Below, one piece after another: positions 20,826 to 30,219 of a DNA stretch of 64,000 nucleotides. The notes under the pieces were generated by a model. It did no database searches and was not told where the DNA came from. It worked only from the letters and a program-made list of their open reading frames with translations. This DNA is from a virus (lineage: Duplodnaviria > Caudoviricetes), in IMG/VR virus record IMGVR_UViG_3300013713_000001, positions 165,110 through 229,109 of that record. One strand, written 5' to 3'. Position 1 is the first letter of the stretch, and every line of letters starts with the position of its first letter. The translations under genes and the position numbers were made by a program.

Positions 20826-22811
20826 TTAGCCCCAGATGCCGCCGTTGCCGAAGCCACCCAGCAGGTTCATGCCATTGGAGGTGCCCACCGAGGTAACGGT
20901 TTGCAGACCAGCCATCGGCATGAATGCCATGTTGTTCGGACGCATCGACGCGTAGGTGTTGGCCACGGTCAGAGTACCCATCTCCGACAGTGCCTTGCCG
21001 ATGACGGCCATCAGGTGCGGATCCCAGACGCAGGAGAAGCCGAAGTTGTTGACGTGCAGATGACCATCGAACAGACTGGTGCTCATCTCGATCTTCAGCT
21101 TCTGGCAGCGCGAACGCACTTCCTCGTTGGTGGTGCCGTAGAGGATGCTCAGGTAGTTCATGGACTGCTGGAGACCAGCCTTGCCCTTGTGCGTACCCAG
21201 GTACATCTCGTCGACTTCCAGGGTGTTCAGCTCGCGACCTTGTGGGTTCTTCGCGAGACCGTTCACCGCGATCATCTTCGTGCGGTGCAGCGCGACGTCG
21301 CCTGGTTTCCAGCCCTTGCCGCTGGCCACGTTCTCGGCAACGATCTCCGAGAAACGGCCGTTGGACATGGAGTCCATTACCGCGATCATGGCTTGTACCG
21401 CCGACTGACGGTTGGCCAGAACAGGATCCGACAGAACTTCCAGGTGTTTGTTCACCGGGGAGTCGAGGCCGCCGAGGATCACGTTGCTGCGGAACAGAGC
21501 ATTCGGCGAGATGTTCTGGTGCATCCACTTGTTGACGGCTTCGGTGTCCAGGATGGTCTTGTCGTCCATCTGAGGACGGGCACCGGAGTAGACCTGGGCG
21601 ATCAGCTGCTCGATGCGAGGTTCGAACGCGCTCAGGTTACCACGCGAACCGACGTTGGCACGACGCAGGGGTTCTGCGAAGATGTAGTCGGTGTTGGTGC
21701 ACATCAGAGCGAACAGCGAGTAGTAGTACGGGTGCAGGCCGTTGTTGAAGTTCATCATCTCTTCGGCGATTGCCGAGTCGAGGGTGATGACCGGATGCAG
21801 CGGACGGTAGCCGTTCGCGTACATGCCGCCGTTGATACCCAGGAAGGCCTGGATGGCATCGGCTTGACCGCCGGCTTGCGAGATGGCTGCGATGTTCTGC
21901 ATGTGCATCTGGTAGCTGATGGCCGACAGTTGCACGGTCGCCAGCGCCCGCACGATCCCTTTCGAGTTCGGGTTGTTGTTGTTGCCGTTGTTGTTGTTCG
22001 GGTTGTTGGTGGTCGAGATCACCAGTTCCATGTTCGACGCCATGAGGGTGCCGGCCTTGGAGACCTTGTTCTCGACAGCGGTAACCCGAGCTTCGGCCCA
22101 GCCGTCTTTGCCGTACGGCGCGCTTGGATCCTTGAACGCGGAAGGCAGACGAGCTTTGCGCTTCGGCATCTCGGAGCAGATCTTGACGAACACCGCAGTT
22201 TCCCACTGCCCTTTCAGGTAGTTGGCGATGCGCTGCGGACGCTCTTTCAGATCGCCGGCCTGGGAGTGTTGCAGCATTTCCAGGTCTTCGGTCATCAGGT
22301 TGATGATTTCCGGCTCGCCCTTCATGCCGTTCTGCTCGAGCAGCTGCTTGAAGTGCTTGCGCAGGTTGTCGACCAGCTCGTTGGTGAAGTAGTTGGTCGG
22401 GGTCAGCAGGACCGAGGTCTTGTGCGGCATGCCCATCGGTTGCAGGACCTGGACGGTCTCGGTGGCGATGGCGTTGTCCTTGTTCGAGAACAGGACGAGC
22501 ATGACCCAGACGCTGTCACCGACGAAACGGTGCAGAACCAGGCCGGGCAGGGTGGAGCTGATGACCGGCGAAACTTTGTCGACGGTTGGGATGATCGCGC
22601 GCTGGGCCGGCTGGATGGTCGACTCGCCCATGGCGGTATAGCCCTTCTTGAGCAGCTCCAGGACTTCGTCGACTTCGGGGAGCTGACGGTTGTCGGAGGA
22701 CATCGAAGGGGTGTGGAAGAGGTCGTTGAGCAGGTTCAGTTCCAGAGCGTGCCCATCGTTGTTGTCCCAACCACCAGCGTTGTTGCCTTTGCGGTTACTT
22801 TGAACGGCCAT
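20826..22811 (-). CDS. chmA: Chimallin, major phage nuclear shell protein (phiKZ gp54-like)
   Basis: About 660 aa with extreme high-expression codon bias, own early promoter and terminator, and the diagnostic position directly upstream of nvRNAP beta'-N. Gly-rich extended C-terminus. Start at ATG 22811 by GGAG RBS spacing. Confidence 0.85.
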   Translation of the reverse strand: MAVQSNRKGNNAGGWDNNDGHALELNLLNDLFHTPSMSSDNRQLPEVDEVLELLKKGYTAMGESTIQPAQRAIIPTVDKVSPVISSTLPGLVLHRFVGDSVWVMLVLFSNKDNAIATETVQVLQPMGMPHKTSVLLTPTNYFTNELVDNLRKHFKQLLEQNGMKGEPEIINLMTEDLEMLQHSQAGDLKERPQRIANYLKGQWETAVFVKICSEMPKRKARLPSAFKDPSAPYGKDGWAEARVTAVENKVSKAGTLMASNMELVISTTNNPNNNNGNNNNPNSKGIVRALATVQLSAISYQMHMQNIAAISQAGGQADAIQAFLGINGGMYANGYRPLHPVITLDSAIAEEMMNFNNGLHPYYYSLFALMCTNTDYIFAEPLRRANVGSRGNLSAFEPRIEQLIAQVYSGARPQMDDKTILDTEAVNKWMHQNISPNALFRSNVILGGLDSPVNKHLEVLSDPVLANRQSAVQAMIAVMDSMSNGRFSEIVAENVASGKGWKPGDVALHRTKMIAVNGLAKNPQGRELNTLEVDEMYLGTHKGKAGLQQSMNYLSILYGTTNEEVRSRCQKLKIEMSTSLFDGHLHVNNFGFSCVWDPHLMAVIGKALSEMGTLTVANTYASMRPNNMAFMPMAGLQTVTSVGTSNGMNLLGGFGNGGIWG

Positions 22812-22902
22812 AATGTAGAACTCCATCTTTTCTTAAGAAAGGTTATTTCGCTAGCGGAATCGCCAAGTGTATGCCTACACACATTTCTATCCACGATTCA
22901 GA

Positions 22903-22923
22903 CTAGTAATATAGACCTGAAAT
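22903..22923 (-). promoter_or_regulatory. phiKZ-type early promoter (chimallin)
   Basis: Minus strand reads TTTCAGGTCTATATTACTAG. Confidence 0.75.
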
Positions 22924-23082
22924 TATTTAGATACTTTAACTTTCCCTTACAAACCGGCTGGAATGCTATAGCAGCTTTGAATCTCAAGCCCAAATTTACT
23001 AAACGCACTCTGGACTCTCCAGGATTTCGCCCGGAATAATAGTGTGTGTATAGAATAGAACGACACATGGAAATAACCAGTT

Positions 23083-24189
23083 ATGAGAACCTTATCGTTT
23101 CCTGTATCCCACGCTATCTACCCACTACTCCGCTTTCCTGAAATAGGAAACATGCGTCGTCAAACCGACTTCAATCGGGACGCCTTTCTCAAGTGGACCG
23201 CCAATCAACCGTTTAACGTTGAGAACGATCACATCCTGGTAGGGCTCCTTCACCAGCTCAGTATCGACAAAGACTGGGACTTGAAGTACGTGGTCGAGTA
23301 CACACGGCTACGCGCATACTCATTATGCACTCAGTTCAAGATTACCTCCATCAACCGAGTGGGTCAGGCCATCAGTGACGGGTTCTACCGAGATAATACC
23401 CGAGAGCACTGGTGCCTTATCGAAAACACCAAGGACTACGTCGAAAGCGACTTGAACTTGGACAAGCTAAGACCACTGGTTCCCTTGTGCTCCACGATCA
23501 CCAAACACGGCTACCTGCACAACGTCTCCAAGCCGGTCAACTACATCCGGTCCTCGATTGGCGACCTGGCAGTGATTGGTGTAGATCTCGTAGAGTTGGC
23601 AGTAGGATGGTGGGCTTATCAAAAACTTAATCGTGAACGCGACACAGGCCCTGGAGCGTACGTTGCTCAGTACCCCATGGTACATGCCCAATTGATGCAT
23701 AATCAGCTGAGCATCATTAACGTGTTGTATGAGCACGTTATTAATGGTGTCCCCTGTGAAGAATTAGTGGAAACTGAAAACGTAGTGTTTACGACCGCTA
23801 ACGACCGTCGTTTCTACGTGGAGCTTGTTCAGCACCTGGTCTCCTTTTATGGGAACCGTCGGCTGGTTAACTTCGAACACTTCCTAAAGGCCATTGTCAG
23901 CATTTACTCGGAACCCTACTTCAACTACGTCAGGGCAGGAAACAACGCGGTCTTTGTTCAGACCATGTGGGCGTGGGAACCGGCTATCCTGAAACTCCTG
24001 GCGATCTACCTGACCTTTTGCAACAAAGGTGGTTATAAGGCAGGGGATGTCAACACCATGATTGCCTTGACTCACCGCCAGCGCGTACAGAACATTGGTC
24101 GGGTTCCTGAAGCCTACTTCAAGGGTTGGTTCTTTGAATTGGCTGAATTGGTCTTTGAACTGAACAAAGAAAACCTTGGCAAAAAATAA
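23083..24189 (+). CDS. Conserved protein divergent from chimallin (phiKZ gp52-like position, probable virion protein)
   Basis: 368-aa ORF on the opposite strand between chimallin and DNA polymerase; call by synteny. Confidence 0.65.
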   Translation: MRTLSFPVSHAIYPLLRFPEIGNMRRQTDFNRDAFLKWTANQPFNVENDHILVGLLHQLSIDKDWDLKYVVEYTRLRAYSLCTQFKITSINRVGQAISDGFYRDNTREHWCLIENTKDYVESDLNLDKLRPLVPLCSTITKHGYLHNVSKPVNYIRSSIGDLAVIGVDLVELAVGWWAYQKLNRERDTGPGAYVAQYPMVHAQLMHNQLSIINVLYEHVINGVPCEELVETENVVFTTANDRRFYVELVQHLVSFYGNRRLVNFEHFLKAIVSIYSEPYFNYVRAGNNAVFVQTMWAWEPAILKLLAIYLTFCNKGGYKAGDVNTMIALTHRQRVQNIGRVPEAYFKGWFFELAELVFELNKENLGKK

Positions 24190-24202
24190 AGTGCATAAAT
24201 AG

Positions 24203-24228
24203 GGAGAGTGGGCGCGAGCCCACTCTCC
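24203..24228. terminator. Hairpin between convergent genes
   Basis: GGAGAGTGGGC-gcga-GCCCACTCTCC, 11-bp stem with GNRA loop. Confidence 0.75.
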
Positions 24229-24234
24229 TGTAAG

Positions 24235-24561
24235 TTAGTTAAAGGTTTCTTCTAGCCACGCCCATTTCTCTTTCATGGCGTCTCGCAACGCCTTGGCTTC
24301 CAAGAGAAGTGCTTCCCGTTGGTTCAGATTGACTTGGACCGCCACTTTTGCGCGGTTCCGTTCCTCTGAGCCAAGGTAAGCCAAGCCCATCGACATAGCG
24401 GTTTCATGATCGGCCCGGGTGAGTTCTTCAAACAACCGGCTGAGGTTATCCACCTCTTCGATGATTTCACCATGCCGCACCTTAAGATCCTTACCGTCCA
24501 TTGCAATCTGTTCGATAAAGTGGGAACGAACGTCAGGACGAATAAAAGCAACTTTAGCCAT
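24235..24561 (-). CDS. Hypothetical helical protein
   Basis: ATG at 24561 with GGAGG RBS, directly downstream of an early promoter. Confidence 0.7.
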   Translation of the reverse strand: MAKVAFIRPDVRSHFIEQIAMDGKDLKVRHGEIIEEVDNLSRLFEELTRADHETAMSMGLAYLGSEERNRAKVAVQVNLNQREALLLEAKALRDAMKEKWAWLEETFN

Positions 24562-24602
24562 AACAACCTCCAAGGGTAACAAGATAGTGAGTCTTAGCTA
24601 CC

Positions 24603-24623
24603 CTGGTGATATAGGTCTAAAAA
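24603..24623 (-). promoter_or_regulatory. phiKZ-type early promoter
   Basis: Minus strand reads TTTTTAGACCTATATCACCAG. Confidence 0.65.
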
Positions 24624-24626
24624 GGA

Positions 24627-24974
24627 TTACAGATCAACGAGGGCTGCTTCGATGAAGTCCGCGGACACCGCAACCTTTACCGAGGTCGCATCGGTCTCCT
24701 CAAGGAGTTCTTTCAGGCGCATGATGTCATCGATATCCTCGACCCAGTACGACGTCGTCTCACCGTCGAACCAGACTTCCACCCAGACGTGTTTGAGGAT
24801 GTTCATCTCCGGCCGAGTACGCAGCTGGATCCAGGGACCGTCAAGGAGGTCTTTGTCTTCTTCAAGACCCACCACAAGCCCCGTAGGGCGGTGGATGTAG
24901 ATCGCACCAATACCGTCACGCTGGCAGGCGCCGTTGAACACAGTGACGGTTTCGCGTTTGTTAAACTCACTCAT
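24627..24974 (-). CDS. Hypothetical protein, paralog of 24967-25302
   Basis: Shares YxHxPTGL and KHxWVE motifs with its neighbour; GAGG RBS. Confidence 0.7.
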   Translation of the reverse strand: MSEFNKRETVTVFNGACQRDGIGAIYIHRPTGLVVGLEEDKDLLDGPWIQLRTRPEMNILKHVWVEVWFDGETTSYWVEDIDDIMRLKELLEETDATSVKVAVSADFIEAALVDL

Positions 24975-25302
24975 TGCCTTTCACCTCAAATATCGACTTG
25001 CTCAGTTCTTTGGAAATCATGGTCGAGCCGTTACCCGTGATCTCACTAACCAGTTCCAGTAACTTAGGAATGTCTTCCAATCGTTCGGTGTGGTAGTTAG
25101 CGGGTAGTCCGTTGGTGTAAGCTTCTACCCATGCGTGCTTGGCTACCATCAGTCGAGCCCCGAGAGGGTGACGAGTGAAAACGCTCTCATCAGCTCCTCC
25201 CAGGTCGTCACTGTTGGTAAACTTCAGCCCGGTCGGCACATGAGTGTACACTGTGCAAGGCCCAGAGTCCTGGGTTTCATTGCGGCTGAATCCAGTCATC
25301 AA
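24967..25302 (-). CDS. Hypothetical protein, paralog of 24627-24974
   Basis: Coupled to the DNA polymerase stop; same motifs as its neighbour. Confidence 0.7.
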   Translation of the reverse strand: MMTGFSRNETQDSGPCTVYTHVPTGLKFTNSDDLGGADESVFTRHPLGARLMVAKHAWVEAYTNGLPANYHTERLEDIPKLLELVSEITGNGSTMISKELSKSIFEVKGNE

Positions 25303-27404
25303 TGCTCGTCCGATACCAAACGGGTGGTTTTGGAGTTCAGGATAAAGAGCCCGAACGATTCAAGGATAGCATACACCGATTTCAAGTTCTGTTGGATCAC
25401 CTGCCGAATGTCTACAAACGGCAAAAACTCTTTCGGGATACCGCCGATCGCTTCAATCATGTCAGTTGGAACATAGAGCGAGGTCAAGCTGTCACGGTCT
25501 TGGAAGAAAGAAGTCGCCATTGCCTTGAAGTTTTCGTCTTCCAGGCTGTCAATGAAAGCAGCCATCTTCTTCTTGCCGTCCAGCTGGAGGTTGACCTTGT
25601 ACGCCTTGTAAGGAAGCTGAGGCGGTTCACCGTATTTCGGTGCCAAGAGGTCGCTCCACATTTTGTGGTAGTAGTAGATGCTCGATTCCGGACTGGTGTA
25701 CACCGATTCGTGCTTGATGTTGTCCTTCCGCAACCACAGCCAACCACCACTGCTGATATTGTCGATCAATGCTCGTTCAATGTCAGCCACCTCTTTCAGC
25801 AGGTGCGCTGCAGACAGCTTCTGCTTGTTGTACAGCGTATCCAATGCCTGACGCATGACCTTCTTCGTAAAGTTACGGACCAGCTCCGCAATCTTCACGC
25901 CTTTCAAGTGAACCCCTTTCATTTCCAACTTAGCTGCATCGTGCATCACCCCTTCACACATCAGCTCAAGCATGAAGTAGTGCTTCGACATGTTGGTCGT
26001 GAAGTACGAAGTATACAGGAACTCGTTCTTCATGTGGAGACGGTGCTGGAACTTTGTCGCCACGTTCATGTTGATACTAAGCTTAGCGTGCTGATCCACT
26101 GCAATGCAACGGATGAAGTAGGTCAACACACCGTTGAACTTAATCTCGGTGTCTTCATCCTTCGCGAACTTGTCAATGATCATGTCGACACTGTAGATCA
26201 CCGAGTCGGTGTCCGAGGTCATCACACTTTCACGAACAATCTCTTTGACGTCGTAGATCCCAGTCGGCGGAATCCGAGAACGGAAGAATGCCTTAATGAA
26301 CTTCGACCATTTGGTTTCCAGACCTACATGGTATTCGTTCAGGTGGTTCATTGCCAGCTTGCTAGGGTTCTTACCGAGCTTGGTCAAGCAGAGGATCTTG
26401 TAGTCTCCGTTGCTTGGCTTAAGGAAATCGTCCTCGTTGGCCCCTTCCGGGATCTCTGGAACCGCACACCACTCGTTAAAGAACTGCGTCATGAGTTTTG
26501 GGTTCGTGGTGTAGAGACCGCGAATGTCCATTACACACAACAGAATGGTCCGCTCAAGGCCACTCAACAGCGACACAAAGTCGTGGATCTTTTGCAGCTT
26601 GGTCTTGCTGCTGAAGTAGTAGTTAGCGCAACGACGAACCATATCCATCACTTGCTCAACACTGGCGTACTTCATGTTGTTCTCTTTGATCACTTCCTCG
26701 ATAAGGGCGTGGTCAGAGAACTGCAACTGGGCCAGGAAACCTTCAATGGTCTTGTTGTAACTCAACAGCAACCGGTTACCGGTGATCAGACGTTCGTTGA
26801 TCAGGTTGGCGGTCGACGTCAAGGAGCGGCAGATGCTCGTCAGGGTAGTGTGTCCTGAGTGGTTAAACAGCGGAGTACCCGAAGACGACATGGCGCCCGA
26901 CTGGGCGTTGTTAAAGATCTTGAGGGCGTTCTGGATCTCATGGAACGCCTTCTTTGCCTCGTCGTCACCAATGGCTTCGGCTTCGCTTTTCTTACCTTTG
27001 TAGAAACGACGGAAATCAATAAAGGTTTCAGTAGCGATCGAGTTGACCGCTTGTTCCTCGTCAGTGTGGGTATAAGCGACCAGCGACGGGGAGAGGTGGT
27101 AATTCTTTTGTCGAACAAGGTTGAAGAATTCACGGGTATAGATGACCTCAGGAACCCGGTCGCCGTGCTTGTTCTTTTTGAAGATCTTAAACTTGACTTC
27201 TTTGAAGCCGTTCTCGTTTGGTACAAAGACTTCTCGCATGATATCGAGAAGGTGGTCGTAATCGTAGTTGTAAACGATCGAAAGGAAGTTTGCAGCTTGG
27301 TAATGATAAGGCTTCAGGAAATTACGGTTGGTCTTGTAATTCTTGTCAAGGAAGGGCGATACAGCAACGGTAACACCGTTGTCTACTTTAGCCGGTACAC
27401 CCAT
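25299..27404 (-). CDS. Family B DNA polymerase, polymerase-domain subunit (phiKZ gp50-like)
   Basis: Motif B QNALKIFNNAQSG, motif C SDTDSVIY, KxY (SKHY) and KGVHLK. Confidence 0.9.
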   Translation of the reverse strand: MGVPAKVDNGVTVAVSPFLDKNYKTNRNFLKPYHYQAANFLSIVYNYDYDHLLDIMREVFVPNENGFKEVKFKIFKKNKHGDRVPEVIYTREFFNLVRQKNYHLSPSLVAYTHTDEEQAVNSIATETFIDFRRFYKGKKSEAEAIGDDEAKKAFHEIQNALKIFNNAQSGAMSSSGTPLFNHSGHTTLTSICRSLTSTANLINERLITGNRLLLSYNKTIEGFLAQLQFSDHALIEEVIKENNMKYASVEQVMDMVRRCANYYFSSKTKLQKIHDFVSLLSGLERTILLCVMDIRGLYTTNPKLMTQFFNEWCAVPEIPEGANEDDFLKPSNGDYKILCLTKLGKNPSKLAMNHLNEYHVGLETKWSKFIKAFFRSRIPPTGIYDVKEIVRESVMTSDTDSVIYSVDMIIDKFAKDEDTEIKFNGVLTYFIRCIAVDQHAKLSINMNVATKFQHRLHMKNEFLYTSYFTTNMSKHYFMLELMCEGVMHDAAKLEMKGVHLKGVKIAELVRNFTKKVMRQALDTLYNKQKLSAAHLLKEVADIERALIDNISSGGWLWLRKDNIKHESVYTSPESSIYYYHKMWSDLLAPKYGEPPQLPYKAYKVNLQLDGKKKMAAFIDSLEDENFKAMATSFFQDRDSLTSLYVPTDMIEAIGGIPKEFLPFVDIRQVIQQNLKSVYAILESFGLFILNSKTTRLVSDEH

Positions 27405-27469
27405 AATCCGTTACTCTCGTGCGTGGTAGTCGTTAAAAAAAAAAAACATGGAAACAAATAAAAAGTCAT

Positions 27470-27499
27470 CCACACCCCCTAACTAAATAGGAGGTGTGG
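27470..27499 (-). terminator. Imperfect hairpin terminator
   Basis: CCACACC...GGTGTGG stem with A tracts on the left. Confidence 0.5.
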
Positions 27500-27513
27500 T
27501 TTTGGAAAACTCG

Positions 27514-27933
27514 TTACTTTTTGTCCACGTCGTTAAACGTGTAGGTCGCCCCCAGGTCATTGAGAAGCTTGGCAATGGGACCGGCCATCTTCTCGTTGAA
27601 GTTGCTGAGGTTGTAGATCCGGGTCCGACCAAGGATGGCCTTGAAGGTGTCTTCGTTTACCCAGGGGTAACCGATCACCTCGATGCTGTCGTTCGGACGA
27701 CGGATCATGAAATAACTGTACGCACCAGGGTCGTTATTCTGGTTAACCTTGCTTGCAAAATAGGGGAACAGTGAAGCGTGCTTTACAACAATCTCAGGGG
27801 ACAATGCACGAGCGCCCTGGAAGGTCAGTTCCGGAGCAATGATCGTGCACCCCCGTTCTTCGTCACCGATGATTCCCGCCTGGACGTACTTGAAATCAAC
27901 GATGTCATTCAACAATGGTTTAATGGTAGCCAT
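27514..27933 (-). CDS. Conserved core hypothetical protein (phiKZ gp49 position)
   Basis: 139 aa with GAGGA RBS and IGYPWVNEDT motif; directly upstream of the polymerase. Confidence 0.7.
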   Translation of the reverse strand: MATIKPLLNDIVDFKYVQAGIIGDEERGCTIIAPELTFQGARALSPEIVVKHASLFPYFASKVNQNNDPGAYSYFMIRRPNDSIEVIGYPWVNEDTFKAILGRTRIYNLSNFNEKMAGPIAKLLNDLGATYTFNDVDKK

Positions 27934-27943
27934 TCCTCACCCC

Positions 27944-28309
27944 TTAGCTTACTTTAATGATCACCAGGGGCATTATGACTGGGTTCTCTTTGTACCACGC
28001 CACTACCCCTGGCAGATTACTGATAGCGACATCTTCGAAAGTGTCCTTGCCCAGATCTGCAAACAGAATCTCGGTAAGAGCCTTTCCTTCATCAACCGGA
28101 CCTGGTTCTGGCTGTTCAGTAAGATGCTGCTTCTCAAAGGGGAAATGGAGGGCCTGTTCGTAGTGATCGAGTAGCCTGTGAAGGATTCCATGAACACACT
28201 CAAACGTGAGTTGGTGAGGGGGTGTGTCTGGATCCTGCGCAAGCTCAAGGCGTTCACCCAGATGGGCCGCTACTTGTGTGTAGTTTATCTTTAGGATCCG
28301 TTGTGTCAT
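27944..28309 (-). CDS. Hypothetical protein
   Basis: 121-aa ORF in a compact operon. Confidence 0.65.
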   Translation of the reverse strand: MTQRILKINYTQVAAHLGERLELAQDPDTPPHQLTFECVHGILHRLLDHYEQALHFPFEKQHLTEQPEPGPVDEGKALTEILFADLGKDTFEDVAISNLPGVVAWYKENPVIMPLVIIKVS

Positions 28310-28320
28310 GGAAGTGGACC

Positions 28321-28632
28321 TTAGTGAGGTTCGTGATACCCAATCATGAAGTGCAGGTTTCCGCCATTGATTTTGGCACTGACCACATGGACATTTACCT
28401 TGCCAATGGTTATCTGTTTAAGGGTTTGCATGTCTCTAAAGAATGCTGAGTTGATACGGGCGGCCTCTTCCTCGATCGGGTGAGCAGGACCAGCCGCCGG
28501 TACCGTCACAATATTGTTCGGGATCTGCAGCGCGGTAAACAATGCCGCGTACGAGTTCAGAACAAACTGGGTATCCGCCAACGCACCCAGTACCACCAAG
28601 AGGTTAACCATTTTAACTGGTTTTGTGTCCAT
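28321..28632 (-). CDS. Hypothetical protein
   Basis: Start placed at ATG 28632 (MDTKPV) by GGAG RBS. Confidence 0.6.
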   Translation of the reverse strand: MDTKPVKMVNLLVVLGALADTQFVLNSYAALFTALQIPNNIVTVPAAGPAHPIEEEAARINSAFFRDMQTLKQITIGKVNVHVVSAKINGGNLHFMIGYHEPH

Positions 28633-28945
28633 CTTCATACTCCAGCATAATCGCAAAGGGAACAACTGACCAACGCACAATAAGGTGCTGCAGGGAAAGC
28701 GCTCTGACTCGCTCGCCCACTTCCACTAAGTCAATGCCCACGTTGTTCCAGAGAAAGGCAGCGTTAAGGTCGTCTTCCTCCAGCTCAGACATCACGGCTT
28801 CTCGCGTAATGTCTGGGATATGTTCATTGCAGCGCCAGATCGAAACCAGGCCTGTGAGGATGCAACAGAGCTCCTCGTTCGTATAGCCGCTATCGTTGAA
28901 GCGCCGGTGGACAGTAGCGGTGTCGATGGTGATTACTTTACTCAT
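28613..28945 (-). CDS. Hypothetical protein
   Basis: Start placed at ATG 28945, giving an ATGA overlap with the upstream stop. Confidence 0.65.
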   Translation of the reverse strand: MSKVITIDTATVHRRFNDSGYTNEELCCILTGLVSIWRCNEHIPDITREAVMSELEEDDLNAAFLWNNVGIDLVEVGERVRALSLQHLIVRWSVVPFAIMLEYEDGHKTS

Positions 28946-29358
28946 CTTAAATCCCGCGTGTTGATTGCCACCACTAGGTGACAATTAGGAAACAACCAAT
29001 ACAAGAAGGGACGGCTAAACTGGGTCACTTCCGTTAGTCCGTAAACACTTTTGCTAATGTCGCTACAACCTTCTGTTACAAGGTCGGTGAGGTCATCACC
29101 TCGGAGATGGAAACGGGCTTTGTCAACCGAGAACCCGAAGTCCCCCTGTTCTACCCCTTTGTTGTGGAGTGCGAACTTATCAAGGGCCAATTGGAAAGTC
29201 CCCTGGGCGACTTCGTTATACGCCCCAGTTCCCTGTATCTTTCCGATGCACAGTCCGCCAACCTCGTTTCTCAGGAGACTGTATATTGACCCCAGATCGA
29301 CCTGATAGTACCTGTAGATTCCGAGCGGTCTGGTTTTCAGTGGTTTTCGTAAGTTCAT
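28942..29358 (-). CDS. Hypothetical protein
   Basis: 138-aa ORF; its start lies inside the upstream ORF. Confidence 0.6.
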   Translation of the reverse strand: MNLRKPLKTRPLGIYRYYQVDLGSIYSLLRNEVGGLCIGKIQGTGAYNEVAQGTFQLALDKFALHNKGVEQGDFGFSVDKARFHLRGDDLTDLVTEGCSDISKSVYGLTEVTQFSRPFLYWLFPNCHLVVAINTRDLR

Positions 29359-29788
29359 TGATCATGTCCGGCCCAGGGTTATCTGAAACAACTTCTGCTA
29401 CAGAATCAATAACCGGAGCACCGAGACCCTCGTACAGCTTTGCCATTGTTTCGTCCAGGTCCATAATCACCCTGGCCATGAGAAATGATCGACCGTCGCC
29501 CTGGTACTCTGCCTTTGCCAAGCAACGGGGGTCCCATCCAGACCGTTTGGTATCCCGCTGGATGGTTTTAATCAGTCCGCTCATGACCCTTTCGATATTC
29601 ATCACCCCGTAGGAGTGCTCCCACTCCTCGAGCAGTTCGCAGATGCGGCTGTTCTTGCAACCGGGGTAATTGAAAATCTCTACGGCTGAATCAACCAGGT
29701 CCTTAGCCAGTACCATGCGCACTGGTATATCCACCTTTTCTTCGAAGAAAAGGTTTTTGGCCAAATCAAACACGTTAAAAAGAATCAT
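29216..29788 (-). CDS. Hypothetical protein
   Basis: 190-aa ORF; 3' end overlaps the next gene by 143 nt. Confidence 0.6.
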   Translation of the reverse strand: MILFNVFDLAKNLFFEEKVDIPVRMVLAKDLVDSAVEIFNYPGCKNSRICELLEEWEHSYGVMNIERVMSGLIKTIQRDTKRSGWDPRCLAKAEYQGDGRSFLMARVIMDLDETMAKLYEGLGAPVIDSVAEVVSDNPGPDMINELTKTTENQTARNLQVLSGRSGVNIQSPEKRGWRTVHRKDTGNWGV

Positions 29789-29798
29789 TGCTTATGTC

Positions 29799-30092
29799 TC
29801 AATAGGTGAACTTGAGGTAGAAGAAGTTCCCTTCATTACCCACTTGGTTAACTTCTACTGCTGCACACGTCGGAACGCCCAACGTTTGACGGATCAAGGC
29901 GTTCTCGAAATCAGGGATAGTTCCGAACCGATTATTGCCAAACGAGATCTCGTTGATGCGGGTGTAGCCGAGACCCTCCAGACAGTTGATAAGGTCTGAA
30001 CGATCAATGGGGCCTCTGAGAACGTTTCCGTCCTTCCCCATGGTCCGAGTCAGCTTGTAATGGTTAAGATCAATACAGAAGCTTTTAGACAT
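29799..30092 (-). CDS. Hypothetical protein
   Basis: 97-aa ORF with GAGG RBS; first gene after the PhuZ hairpin. Confidence 0.65.
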   Translation of the reverse strand: MSKSFCIDLNHYKLTRTMGKDGNVLRGPIDRSDLINCLEGLGYTRINEISFGNNRFGTIPDFENALIRQTLGVPTCAAVEVNQVGNEGNFFYLKFTY

Positions 30093-30170
30093 GTTCTAGA
30101 CCCTCTATAGGAATGTTTGGCCCACTATAAGAATGGAAGGCCAGTAAAAATACAGTATTGCATAATAGAC

Positions 30171-30202
30171 CCTTAGTTAGGAGCTCGCGCTCCTAACTAA
30201 GG
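30171..30202 (-). terminator. Hairpin downstream of phuZ
   Basis: CCTTAGTTAGGAGC-tcgc-GCTCCTAACTAAGG, 14-bp perfect stem. Confidence 0.75.
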
Positions 30203-30219
30203 TTATCACTGACGGCCTA

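Noticed and set aside
20901-23039. 712-aa plus-strand ORF antisense to chimallin
   Set aside because: Shadow ORF: a strongly biased gene avoids TTA/CTA/TCA codons, leaving the antisense frame open. No motifs, and it runs through the promoter.
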